Below, piece by piece: positions 25,299 through 37,394 of a stretch of 64,000 nucleotides of DNA (positions are counted from its first letter, which is position 1; each line of letters opens with the position of its first letter). Source of the stretch: Octopus sinensis. Taxonomy: Eukaryota. The notes under the pieces are model-generated. The model saw only the letters and a program-made list of their open reading frames with translations. It was not told the origin of the DNA and made no database searches. The DNA lies in NCBI RefSeq assembly GCF_006345805.1, contig NC_043018.1, positions 6,820,001 through 6,884,000 of the forward strand, read 5' to 3'. Made by a program: the position numbers and the translations under genes.

Positions 25299-26369
25299 GG
25301 CCTGTCTATCTATCCACCCATCTATCAATCAGTCTGTCTATCTATCTATCTATCTGTCTATCTCTCTGTCTATCTATCCGTCTGTCTATCTATCTGTCTA
25401 TATATCTATCTATCTATTTGCATGTGTGTGTGTGTATACTTTTCCATACATTATGCCCATTACTTCATTTTGTTTCCCTCTCACCCTCCTTCTCTTTCCC
25501 CCTTTCACTTTATCCATTAACTACCCTCCACTTATTCCTCTCTCCCTCACTCTTTCTGTTCCATGTCTTCTCACACCACCACCCATAGCCACCGTCACCA
25601 CTATGAGCTGAAGGTGCCTCCACATGGTCTTTGGAGCAGCTAGAAACAGCAGCAAAATTTCTTTCAACTCACACTCTAATATCTTTAAAAGAGCACTTTA
25701 AATAACAGTCCGTGACACAATGTTTGAGAGACAAAAACAACAAAAGACATGATGGTCACCACTGGATTGTCTGTTGATCATAGCTTTACTTACTCACACC
25801 TGAGCTGGGGCTAAACAACAACAACAAACAAAATAATGAAAATTATGATCATGAGTCAACAAGGAAGCTTATACATGATCAATCAACTTGCTAGAAATAG
25901 CTGTCAAACCCCTCTCAATTATGCCTTATCTGCAGATAAAAAGTGAAGGATACATTACATAATATAATCCGAGATAACCTTGAAAATGTAGGAATGGGCA
26001 CAGCTGGAGTGTCTTTGTCCATATAGCTGTCGGATCATAGCTAACCATGGGTTAAACTGTAGCAAACACTACCATCACTACTATAGCCCACACTGCAATT
26101 ATGTACACTGCTACCACCTTTACAACTCTAACTCATACCAACACTCGCAGCTACTTCATCCCAAACAAGAAGTCACTATGTGGTCACATGATCTGCTAGA
26201 AATAGCTACTGTTAAATCCCTTCATATCATTCTGTCCTGTCTTGAATAAAGGAAGGACATGTCTGGTCGTGTAGTAGAAGGTGGGATGGTTGGTCACAAT
26301 TGGCATGTCTTTGATTATAGCTCTGTTTGATTAGGACTGGCCAGAGGCTAAACAACAAAATGAAAACAA

Positions 26370-26395
26370 GTACCACCACCACCACCACCGCAAAG

Positions 26396-26443
<48 letters not shown>

Positions 26444-27110
26444 GGTATCATAATTATAGCCACCACCACCAGTGCTGTAACCAACACAACAATAACCACT
26501 ACAACTGCAACCTGTAGAAATATAATCTCCACAAATATAAGCATCATCACCACCACAACCAATATCACAACAACCACCACCACCATACTACAACCATCAC
26601 ACCTACAGAACTACCACCACCACCACCACCACCTTCTCGATCACCAACACCACTGCAACAGTCATCATCAGTTCCACCACAACTGCCACTTCATCCACCA
26701 CCACCATCAACAATATCTCCACCACTACCACCACCACCGCCACCATCATCACTACCACCAACACTATCACCACAGCTACCACAACTGCCACTTCCTCCAC
26801 CACTACCACCACCTTCAACAATACCTCCACCACCACCACGGCCATCATCACTACCACCAACACTATCACCTCCTCCACCACCACCACCACCATCAACAAT
26901 ACCTCCACCACCACCAGCACCACCACCATCATCATCACTACCACCAACACTATCACCTCCTCCACCACCACCACCACCACCATCAACAATACCTCCACCA
27001 CCACCAGCAACACCACCATCATCATCACTACAACCAACACTATCGCCATTGCTACCAGTTCCATCAGCACCACCACCACCACCACCACCACCACCACCAC
27101 CACCAGTTCT
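26370..27110. repeat. (ACT)n/(CAC)n-derived degenerate tandem repeat
   Basis: Recurring CAATA(C/T)CTCCACCAC blocks at about 26710, 26818, 26897 and 26985. Confidence 0.85.
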
Positions 27111-27487
27111 CTGCAACCCAATTACGCAAGCAATGTCCAGGACTGGTGGCCAACAAAAGGAAGAAGCGGAAGGGGAGGAGGAAGAGTAGGTGGAGGGGGA
27201 GGAGGCGAGAGAGAGGGGGGGAAGTGGAATTACAAAAGATTCATAATTAAATAGAGAAAAATGATCAAAATTGATAATTGAGGGGTGTGGGGTTGTAATG
27301 GGGTGGGATGTGGGTGGCGGGTATCTATATATGGATGGGGGGCGCCAGAGGTAAGTGGGGGGGAGTTGGAAAAGGGGAGGGTTATGAAGGGTGGTCTGCA
27401 GTGATGCAAGAGAGTTTGGTTGCAAGGGTATTGTGATGGAGGATGGATACTTAATGTGGCCACAATACGTTAAGTGTGTGTGTGTGA

Positions 27488-27519
<32 letters not shown>

Positions 27520-27521
27520 TT

Positions 27522-27855
27522 ATAGGTGCAGGTGTGGTTGTGTGGATAAGAAGCTTGCTTTCCAACCCCCTGATTCCAGGTTCAGTCCCACTGCATGGCA
27601 CTCTCGGCAAGTGTCTTTTATGGTAGCCTCAGGCCAACAAAAGCTTTGCGAATGAATTTGGTAGATGGAAACTGAAAGAAGCCTGTTGTATATATATGCA
27701 TATATGTATCTGTTTGTGTGTGTGTGTGTAATTATAGGTGCAGGTGTTGATGTGTGGTAGGAAATTTGCTTCCCAACCATATGGTTCCAGGTTCAGTCCC
27801 ATTGTGTGGCACCTTCGGCAAGTGTCTTCTACTATAGACTTAGGCCAACCAAGAT
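27522..27855 (+). mobile_element. Two tandem CORE-type SINE heads
   Basis: ATAGGTGCAGGTGT(G/T)G...GGCAAGTGTCTT at about 27522 and 27735. Confidence 0.8.
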
Positions 27856-28019
27856 ACAACTACTACTGCCACTGGTATCATAACTATAGCCACCATCACC
27901 AGTACTGTAACCAACACAACAATAAACACTACAACTGCAACCTGTACAACTTTAATCTCCACAAATATAAGCACCTTCACCACCATCACCACCACAGCCA
28001 ATATCACTACAACCACTAC

Positions 28020-28250
28020 CTATTTCTTTACTACCCACAAGGGGCTAAACACATAGGAGACAAACAAGGACAGACAAAGGGATTAAGTCAATTACATCGA
28101 CCTCAGTATGTAACTGGTACTTATTTTATCGACCCCGAGAGGATGAAAGGCAAAGTCGACCTCGGCAGAATGTGAACTCAGAACGTAACGGTAGATGAAA
28201 TACCGCATAGCATTTCACCAGGTGTGCTAATGATTCTGCCAGCTCGCCGC
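28020..28250 (-). mobile_element. Meta-like SINE
   Basis: Reverse complement of the family consensus seen at 6232. Confidence 0.85.
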
Positions 28251-28799
28251 TACAACCACTACCATCACACCTAGTGAACAACAGTACTACCACCCTCACC
28301 ACCACAACCATGTTGGCTTCAGAACAACCAAGCTTTGTGAGTGGATTTGGTACACAGAAACTGAAAGAAACCTGTTGTAAATACATGTAACTGTGTGCGC
28401 GTGTGTGTGCATATGCATGTGTGTGTGTGTTTGTCCCCTACCACAACTTGACAACTGATAAGGGTGTGTTTATGTCCCCGTAACTTAGAGGTTTGGCAAA
28501 AGAGTCTGACAGAATAAGTACCCGGCTCTCAAAAGTAATAAGTAATGGAAGGGTGGGGAAATTTCTTTGACTAAAAAGTCTTCAAGGTGACGCCCCAGCA
28601 TGGCCGCAGTCTAATGACTGAAATAAATAAAAGATGTGAACATATCTGTGTGTTTTTGTGTTTGTGTGCGTGTGTATGGTGTGTGTGTGTGTGTGTGCAT
28701 GTGTGTGTGTGCATGTGTGCATGTGAGCGTGTGTGTACATGTGTGTACATGTGTGTACATGTGTGTACGTGTGTATGTGTGTGTTTGTGTGTGTGTGTG

Positions 28800-28844
<45 letters not shown>

Positions 28845-29446
28845 TGTGCATGTGTGTGTGTGTCTTTATCTTTTACTTGTTCTGGTCGCCGGACTGCAGC
28901 CATGCAAGAAAAGCATTGCCTTGAAGGCAATGCTCTTCTTGCATCAACTAGACTACTTAGTTTTTGTATCAGTGCCTTTTGGTGCACTGCTAAGTTACTG
29001 GACCATACGCAAACCAACAACAACTGTCAAGTGATGGGGTGAAGGACAAACATAAAAAGAATTACAGAAAGACAATCTCCCTGGAATATTCCCTTTGAAA
29101 TGCCTATAGTATCCGAAACAATTATTCAGGTCTCAGTTGTAAGGGTAAGAATTGTTGTCCATGTCTTTGTGAGCAATTAAGGTAGTAGGTATTTTTGCCA
29201 GATGTCGGTAGTTCAAGAGCCATGAATGAGGGAAAGAGTTGAATGCCTTCCTATAGTCAAGCCATACTGTCACAAGGTTTCTATATTGTATTCATACTTC
29301 AGGCAATACCTCTTTGCTTATTAAAAGTTGTTCAGCACATCCCCACACTCCTTTCTTTTCACCAGCCTCTTCATCAGTCACAATGTTGTTTGACTCAAAA
29401 TGGTCCCGGAGGAATTGGTTGAGGCATCTTGTGTACAGTTTGTACA

Positions 29447-29825
29447 TAGGCACCAGAGTGGCTGTGGTAAGCAGCTTTCTTGCCAACCACATGGTTCCGG
29501 GTTCAGTCCCACTGTGTAGCACCTTGGGCAAGCGTCTTCTACTATAGCCTTGGGCCAACCAAAGCCTTGTGAGTGGATTTGGTAGATGGAAACTGAAAGA
29601 AGCCCGTCGTATATATGTATATATATGTGTTTGTCCTCCCAACATCGCTTGACAACCGATGCTGGTGTGTTTACATCCCCGTCACTTAGCAGTTCGGCGA
29701 AAGAGACCGATAGAATAAGTACTAGGCTTACAAAGAATAAGTCCTGAGGTCGATTTGCTCGACTAAAGGCGGTGCTCCAGCATGGCCTCAGTCAAATGAC
29801 TGAAACAAGTATAAGAGTAAAAGAA
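29447..29825 (+). mobile_element. Full-length CORE-type SINE
   Basis: Near-identical architecture to 23097. Confidence 0.9.
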
Positions 29826-30620
29826 TAAGGTTTAGGCAAGAAATGGGCCTGTGCCATCTCGGTGATTTCACTTTTGGCAACAAGATTTGCCCTTGCTGTG
29901 GCAAACCAATTTGGCATATCAGTCTGAGCTTCCAAAGTCCTTTTGAACATACATATCAACTGGTTTCTATAAAATGTCAGCTTCTTGTACCAATATCCAA
30001 CTAATTAGGTCCCTTCAAGGTGCCTTCCCATTCTGCAGTTTGCCTACTACTTATAGCCAAGGTTTCCCTATCAATTTTGTATGTCTTACTGTTAGTGTTT
30101 TTTAACCATGATGCATTCTTGTTGAAATCCCTCTTTTCATTCCAAATTTTTGACCAGAATGCTTGTAGATCTTCTTGGAAGGGAGCTTTCTTAATGGTAA
30201 TGCTTTCCTTTCTCATCTCTCATGGGTTGGAAGCAAACTTGTGATTGATACTGGCTCATTCAAAAATTCGTATGCGATAGCGGATTTCTTGCTCATCGTC
30301 CTGAGTTCATGTTTTAAAGTGATCAGCTTTCCCTCGAGAGCTCAGTGTGAAGAGTTGCCATAAAGTTTCATTAATTTTTGTCTAAGGTAGAGTTGGTGAG
30401 GTGTAAACTCATTTTTCTCCTTACATTTTATTGTTGTCATTAACCATTCGATATGGCGGCACACATTGTTGAAGTTTTCTTCAAGCTTTGTTTTCCATTT
30501 AGATTGGTTCCTTTTAGTAATTTCGTTACTTTGTTCACTGTAGATTTCTCCTAAGTGTTCTTTAAAAGTAATAGTAGCTGTATATATAAGAGTATTTATA
30601 TTCCAGTAATTAACTTCACT

Positions 30621-30930
30621 GTGGAGGCGCAATGGCCCAGTGGTCAGGGCAGTGGACTCGCGGTCAGATGATCGCGGTTTCGATTCCCAGGCCAGGCGTT
30701 GTGTGTGTTTATTGAGCGAAAACACCTAAAAGCTCCATGAGGCTCTGGCAGTGGGTGGTGGCGACCTCTGTTGTACTCTTTCACCACAACTTTCTCTCCC
30801 TGTCTCTTCCTGTTTCTTGAGTAACGCTGCGATGGACTGGTGTCCCATCCAGCTGGGGGGAACATATACATCACAGAAACCAGAAAACTAGGTCCATGAA
30901 CCTGGCTAGGCTTGAAAAGGGCGACGTTTA
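30621..30930 (+). mobile_element. tRNA-derived V-type SINE
   Basis: GGAGGCGCAATGGCCCAGTGG A-box and GTTTCGATTCC B-box. CTGCGATGGACTGGTGTCCCATCCAG resembles the V-SINE central domain. Confidence 0.75.
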
Positions 30931-31185
30931 ATTAACTTCACATGATTCCCTGTGATTTCTAGCAACATCGTTGATAACATTAGATTGGTTGGATTTTATC
31001 TCACTCTTGTTGGGAATGGTCAGTGGCTCAATAAAAGCTTCGAGAAAGTAACAAAATTTTTTGCAAATTGTAATTTTAAAATGTTTTTGAGTTGGATATA
31101 TTCTGCATTCTTTGTTACTAAGTCAGCTAAGTTTGGAGACACACTCAAATTTAGTGATGGTGGGAACAATGGTTTCATCATCATC

Positions 31186-31535
31186 ATCATTGTTTAACAT
31201 CCATTTTCCATGCTAGCATGGGTTGGAAGGTTCGACTGGGGTCTGGGAAGCCAGGAGGCTGCACCAGGTTCCAGTCTGATCTGGCAGTGTTTCTACAGCT
31301 GGATGCCCTTCCTAACGCCAACCACTCCGTGAGTGTAGTGGGTGCCTTTTACATGCCACCGGCACAGGTGCCAAGGGAGGCTGGCAGCGGCCATGATCGG
31401 TTGGTGCTTTTTATGTGCCACCGGCATAGGTGCCAGTCAAGGTGGCGCTGGCATCGGCCACATTCGGATGGTGCTTTTTTACATGCCACTGGCACAGGTA
31501 TCACAACTACAATTTCCATTTGATATTTACTTTGA
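31186..31535 (-). mobile_element. RTE LINE 3' UTR copy
   Basis: Reverse complement of the 741-1116 family. Confidence 0.85.
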
Positions 31536-31714
31536 TGTTTATATTATTTTTCACACCGCTTCTGGCAGATTTTGGCCCATTCTCAATGTTTTGGGAGGAT
31601 CAAAGATCAGTTGATTTGTTTTTTACAAAAGATGCTTGTTTCGGAGCTGTTTCACCGTGAAGGTATTAAACTTGGATGAGCTTTGTGCTGGTATTATTTC
31701 AACTGCTTCAGGTT

Positions 31715-32110
31715 CTGTGCTGATGGCACATTAAAAACACCATTCGAGCATGATCGTTACCTGCGTCACCTTACTAGCACTTGTGCTGGTGGCACATGAA
31801 AAAGCATTCAAGCGAGGTCATTACCAGTGCCGCTGGACTGGCTCCTGTGCAGGTGGCACATAAAAAGCACCATTTGAGTGTGGCCGTTGCCAGTACCGCC
31901 CGACTAGCCCTTGTGCCGGTGGCACGTAAAAGCACCCACTACACTCTTGGAGTAGTTGGTGTTAGGAGGGGCATCCAGCTGTAGAAACTCTTCCAGATCA
32001 GATTGGAGCATGGTGCAGCCATCTGGTTCACCAGACATCAGTCAAATTGTCTAACCCATGCTAGCATGGAAAGTGGATGTAACACAACAACGACGACGAT
32101 GATGATGATG
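31715..32110 (+). mobile_element. RTE 3' UTR, variant subfamily with different spacers
   Basis: Same direct repeat with TTCGAGC(A/G)-type spacers; matches 58630-59015. Confidence 0.8.
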
Positions 32111-32510
32111 TATCCAATTGAAGGGTCATCTTGGGCTTTTCATAGTGCTGAAGTAAATCTTGGTTTATTTGTTGGGTCCAAGTAAAATGGGAAGAGTACT
32201 TGCGTCTTCTTAAATAGCTTACTGGTGAAGTAGTTCTATTTTCATGTGTGGTGGTGTTAGTTTCACTCGTAATCGTGTTAGCAAGATTCCACATGGTGTA
32301 GATGTATATTTTAAAATCTGTTCAGGATAACGCTATGTTGATGAGTAAAAGGTGTTGCTCTTATTAATTATTTGAGAAATAAACCAATTACCGACTTAGG
32401 CTGGACAAGTTGGCATATTTCTAGAGGAAGGCATTCAAGACAGACATTTTAAATGCTCCTCTATACCTGCATACCCAATGTTGACAGCACCATTATTTAT
32501 GTATTATGTA

Positions 32511-32904
32511 CTAGCAGTATCGCCCGGCGTTGCTCGGGTTTGTTTCGACCCTTTAGAATTGAAATTTTTGAAAAGTAAAAATTTTGCATTATGTAGCTTG
32601 TTATTCTCTTAAAGTGAACATTTTTCTGGTTGAAATACACCGAAAAGTGGCGACACAGCAGTCAAAAAATCATAAAAAATAGGGATTTTCATAGGAAAAA
32701 AATGCACCTTTTTGATGTAAATAATTTTTGGTCTTAACATGGTCCGATTTGAATTTTATCTTCTAGGGAATGAAGAACAAGCCTTCTTCTATCATACTCT
32801 CAATTTTGGTCAAATTGTGCCACAGGGTCTTGGAGGAGATAGTGTTAGTTGAGGGCTAACAAACCTGCCACACACAGACAACTTCAGCTTTATATATAGA
32901 GAGA
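32511..32904 (-). mobile_element. Non-autonomous Helitron
   Basis: CTAGCAGTATCGCCCGGCGTTGCTC end and TATATATAGAGAGA end. Confidence 0.85.
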
Positions 32905-33114
32905 TGTACCATGTATGTATGTATGTATATGTGCAGATTTGCATGTTTTGTTTCATGTATGTCTTCTCAGGCATATACTTGCATATCTAGACATGCTCGT
33001 ATATACTTTATGCGTGTATGTATGTAATGTATGTATTTATGTATTTATGGGTTTGGTGATGCAAACAGGAAAATTACAAGTCAAAACATAAGTATTCTTT
33101 TAGTTTTTTAAAAT

Positions 33115-33735
33115 TTCTTTTATTCTCTTAATTGTTTTAGTCATTTCACTGTGGCCATGCTGGAGCACAGTCTTGATGGGGGTTTTAGTTGAACAAATCA
33201 ACCCCAGGACTTATTTTTTCTTTAAGCCTATTACTTATTCTATCAGTCTCTTTTGACAAATCACTAGGTTACGGGGACGTAAACACACCAGCACCAGTTG
33301 TCAAGCGGTGATGGGGAGACAAACACAGACACAAAAACATAGACATATATACATACATACATACATACATACATACACACACACACATATATATATATAT
33401 ATAATCAAAATAAGCAACAAGGATATCCAAAGTTAGTGTAGTACAATCGTTTCATGCTACTTCATTTAATTAAACAATGTTTTAAAATTTAGAGCACTCA
33501 TCAGCCACATATAAAATTTTAAAAAATTAAATTGACAATGTTCATTTTCCTACTTAATTCCATTTGCCAACATTACAAAGAGGGTAGGTATATAGACATA
33601 TATATATATATATGATAAGCTCTCTCAGTTTCCATCTACCAAATCCATTCACCAGGATTTGGGTGGCCTGTGGCTATAGTAGATGACACTTGCCCGAGGT
33701 GCAAACAGTGGGACTGAACCTGGAACCATGTGGTT
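33115..33735 (-). mobile_element. CORE-type SINE with a PLE fragment (33403-33595) inside its microsatellite linker
   Basis: 3' module 33115-33340 and head 33615-33735. Confidence 0.75.
33438..33508 (-). ncRNA. Minimal type-I hammerhead ribozyme (PLE-associated)
   Basis: Minus strand: stem I GUGG/CUAC, CUGAUGA, stem II GUGCU/AGCAU, GAAA, stem III AC-GAUU-GU, GUA cleavage triplet. Confidence 0.75.
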
Positions 33736-34463
33736 TGTCCTTCACCCCATGCTATTATTTACAGCTTTATCTGCTTCGAGATCTACTGTTCCAAAACAGA
33801 ATAATTTTACCATATTATATATGAGAGGCCGTACTGTACATGTATTTTGTACCCAGAATGCTTAGTTACAGTCCTTTCCAGTTTTATGGTCATTATAGCT
33901 AGATTTTGGCACCGACATCCTTTTTTGTCTTCTGCTTTTTAATGACAACAGAAGCAACACAGAGAACATTTTGTTTCTGGGTGAGAAGTTTGGTCAGTTG
34001 TTGGCAGAGAAGCAGTTTGGCTGTTAATTACTGTTGCAATCATTGTTATTGCCAAGACAGGCCTGGCCTTGCCAGATCCTGCAACAAATGAAGATTTATC
34101 CTCCTTGTCATCATTCTTTTGGTGTTGTTGTTGTTGTTGCTGTACTCCGTCAGTTCTCTGCCTTTCTGAAGGAGCATGGCTTAGTGGTTAGAGACGTTCA
34201 GCTCATGATCATTAAGTTTTAAGTTCGATTCCCAGTGGTGCATCGCAATCATTGAAATCTCAAAGCTATGAGCTAATGCATGATTAATTCAAAACCATAA
34301 ATAATTTGTGAATAAATAAGTATTATACATGAGAACCCCAACACCTTTGAAATATTCTACCACTTTTATATTCAAACTGGCCATATCCAGCCTCTCACAC
34401 CTACCCAACAATGTCATTATAGAAATAAACAATCATGTGGTCAGAATCTTGAAGTGGCAAGAT

Positions 34464-34526
<63 letters not shown>

Positions 34527-34528
<2 letters not shown>

Positions 34529-36125
34529 AAACATACAAACTAACATACAAGAACAAACATACAAATATTTAGGGATAAATGAAGGCTCTGGTATCAAGAA
34601 CAAACATACAAATATTTAGGGATAAATGAAGGCTCTGGTATTCAGCATGCAAGCATGAAAGAGAAAATCAGGAAGGAATGTTATAGGAGTGTTCGTGCAG
34701 TCCTGAAATCTGAACTAAATGCACGTAACAAGGTGTTAGCTATAAATTCCCTAGCAGTTCCAGTTGTTACTTATAGCTACAATGTGTTGAACTGGAATAT
34801 GAGTGAAGTAAAGAATATAGATAGAAAAATACGCAAGCTGCTGAGTTGTAATAGGATGCACCACCCAAAGGCAGACGTAGATCGCCTTTACCTTCCCAGA
34901 GCCCAAGGAGGTCGAGGCCTGATCCAATTTGAACTAGCTTACAAAACAACCACAATTGGACTGGCCAAATATCTCGAAATATCGAATGACTGGATGCTAA
35001 AGCTCGTGGAAAATCACGAGAGACGAAAGAAGCTTCATTCTATCATAAAGGAAAGCAAAAAATTTGCTATTGATCTCGTGCAGGATACCCAAACTGAACA
35101 ACCCAAGGGAAGTACGGCAACTATTGTTGCAAAGAAGGTAAAAAATAATGGCAACGAAAAAAGCGCATGAGCAATTGGCTGATAGGTAGGAGGAGAAACC
35201 TCTGCACGGCAAATATGTGGCCCGCAGCAAACAAGCTGATGTTGACCAGAAGCAAACCCATCAGTGGCTACGAAGCTCAGGGCTAAAAGCAGAGAGCAAA
35301 GGTTTCATCCTGGCTGCTCAAGATCAAAGCCTATTAACCCGGAACTACCAGGCCAATGTGATGAAAAATGGAGCAGACCCAAAATGCCGATTCTGCAACG
35401 ACATGATTGAAACAGTGGACCACCTAATCTCTGGATGTAAAGTCTTAGCACCAGTGGAGTATAAATTAAGACATGACAGAGTTGGCCAATATCTACACTG
35501 GCTAATAAGTCGGCATTACAATATCAAAACTGCCGACAAGTGGTATAATCACCACCCTGAGGCTGTAACTGAAGGAGAAAATGTAACCATTCTGTGGGAC
35601 TTTCCAGTATATACAGACCGAACCATCAAGGCCAATAAACCAGATATTGTTGTGAAAGACCAAAACAATAAAGTTTGCTTATTGATCGACATGAGCATCC
35701 CTTGTGATCATAATATCTCAGCGAAAGAGTTTGACAAGCTCAGAAAATATAAAGACCTACTCATTGAAATTGAGAAAATGTGGCATCTCAAGGCGGTTAC
35801 AATACCAGTGATCGTAGGAGCACTAGGAATGATCAAGAAGGGAACCGAAAATTATATGAGAATGATCCCTGGCTTACCATCCCTGCAAGAAGTGCAAAAG
35901 ATTGTCTTAACTAGTACGTCACACGTATTGAGAAGAGCATTGTCGATGTGAGAACTGTTGCTGCTCATGTATTTTAATTTAACTTGAAAAAAAAAAAAAA
36001 AAAAAAGAATGAACTATTGAGTTTGGTTTAATGGCCTACCAATGTATACTATGAGTTTCTTTGCCCTAGGAATTGGGAAGACACTCGGCAAGAAATGGAA
36101 GCAAATTTGAAAGAAGAAAAAAAAA
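34527..36125 (+). mobile_element. R4-clade (Dong-like) LINE, 5'-truncated, in (TAA)n
   Basis: YKYLG, RLYLPRAQGGRGL, CRFC...ETVDHLISGC zinc knuckle, KPDIVV...IDM RLE motif and PVIVGALG. One frameshift and one stop near 35150-35190. (TAA)n on both sides. Confidence 0.95.
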
Positions 36126-36154
<29 letters not shown>

Positions 36155-36159
<5 letters not shown>

Positions 36160-36705
36160 AATTATTGTATACAGTGTTCAGGTGCACCACAACTTGTCAA
36201 AAAGTGTATATAAAGTATATGCAGTAATGTACAAATGTCTGGAAAGCGAACAGTGTATGAGTCAGATACATGCTTGCGTGTGCATGGAGGGGAGAAAATC
36301 AGGTGTAGTGTTGGCGAATCTCAGGAAGCATGGAAGTTTTGAAGGATGCAGTGCTCCGACAACTAACAACTGATGCTGGCAGTTTGTTCCATGCTTCAGC
36401 AACTCTCAGTGTGAAAAAATGTTTCCGAAAGTCATGGGAGCTGTGCTGTTTTCTGACTTTGTAAATATGCCCATGGGTGTTAGACAGGTAAGGTGCTCAG
36501 AGTTATTGTTAGTAAGATGGTTATAATTTTATGGGTGTCTGCCGAGTCAGCTGCCAGACATTGGAGTTTCAATGTATCCATGTCCAGGGAAGTAAGGCGT
36601 TCAGAATATGGCAAATGCCTAATAGAGGGTATTCTCTCAGTTGCACGTCGCTGAAAGGTTTCCAGACAATTAATATCCTGGGCAAGATAGGGGTTCCAGA
36701 CCGGT
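36155..36705 (-). mobile_element. CR1-type LINE 3' end
   Basis: VWNPYLAQDINCLETFQRRATERIPSIRHLPYSERL; same family as 20280. Confidence 0.9.
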
Positions 36706-37147
36706 ATGCATGATTAATTCAAAACAATGTGAATAAATAAGCAATGGATTTGACAGAATAATTTGAATATAAAAGGGCTACAGCTTCTCATGGTTTTTTC
36801 TTTTTTCAGTTTTCAAAGATTTAGTTAAATCTGCTGTTTTTGCATGTCCACTACATAGATTTACATATAAGCACGTGTGTGTGTGTGTGAGAGTGGAGGG
36901 TTGGGGTGATTATTGTCTTTTTGCCTTGACATCAACTGATAGTTGTAAACAAGTGTCACCATCATGCAAGCGGTGTCCTTCATTTCTAATTTTTCGTGAA
37001 AACATGTCTGGTCAAGTGAAAAATATCACCTCGCTTTGAAACAGGGAAAAGTTGGTGACAGGAAGGGCATCCAGCCATAGAAAAAGATCTACCTCAATAA
37101 AGTCTGTCCAACCCATGGCAGCATGGGAAAACAGACAATAAAACATT

Positions 37148-37378
37148 ATTTCTTTACTGCCCACAAGGGGCTAAACATAGAGGGAACAAACAAGGACAGA
37201 CAAAGGGATTAAGTCGATTACATCGACCCCAGTGCGTAACTGGTACTTAATTTATCAACTCAGAAAGGATGAAAGGCAAAGTCGACCTCGATAGAATTTG
37301 AACTCACAATGTAACGGCAGACGAAATACGGCTACGCATTTCGCCCGGCGTGCAAACGTTTCTGCCAGCTTGCCGCCT
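37148..37378 (-). mobile_element. Meta-like SINE
   Basis: Full reverse copy. Confidence 0.85.
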
Positions 37379-37394
37379 TATACAGACATTAAAA

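Larger units (their letters stand above)
29045..32330 (-). mobile_element. Decayed R4/Dong-like LINE (N-terminal region and RT), carrying four younger insertions
   Basis: Fragments FTWTQQINQDLLQHY, LQAFWSKIW, GVWGCAEQLLI, VWLDYRKAFNS and GIFQGDCLSVILF. Interrupted at 29447, 30621, 31186 and 31715. Confidence 0.75.

Noticed and set aside
26327-27250. 307-aa Thr/His-rich ORF
   Set aside because: A translation of (ACT)/(CAC) repeats that lack stop codons by composition; no splice or domain support.
30621-30695. tRNA gene
   Set aside because: A/B boxes are present but there is no complete cloverleaf; it is a SINE head, as are the other tRNA-like segments.
33735-34130. Possible inverted continuation of the R4 RT (TTTGTCCTTCACCCCAT shared with about 29033-29049)
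   Set aside because: The match at 29040 overlaps SINE sequence of similar composition, and the downstream RT motifs are too weak.
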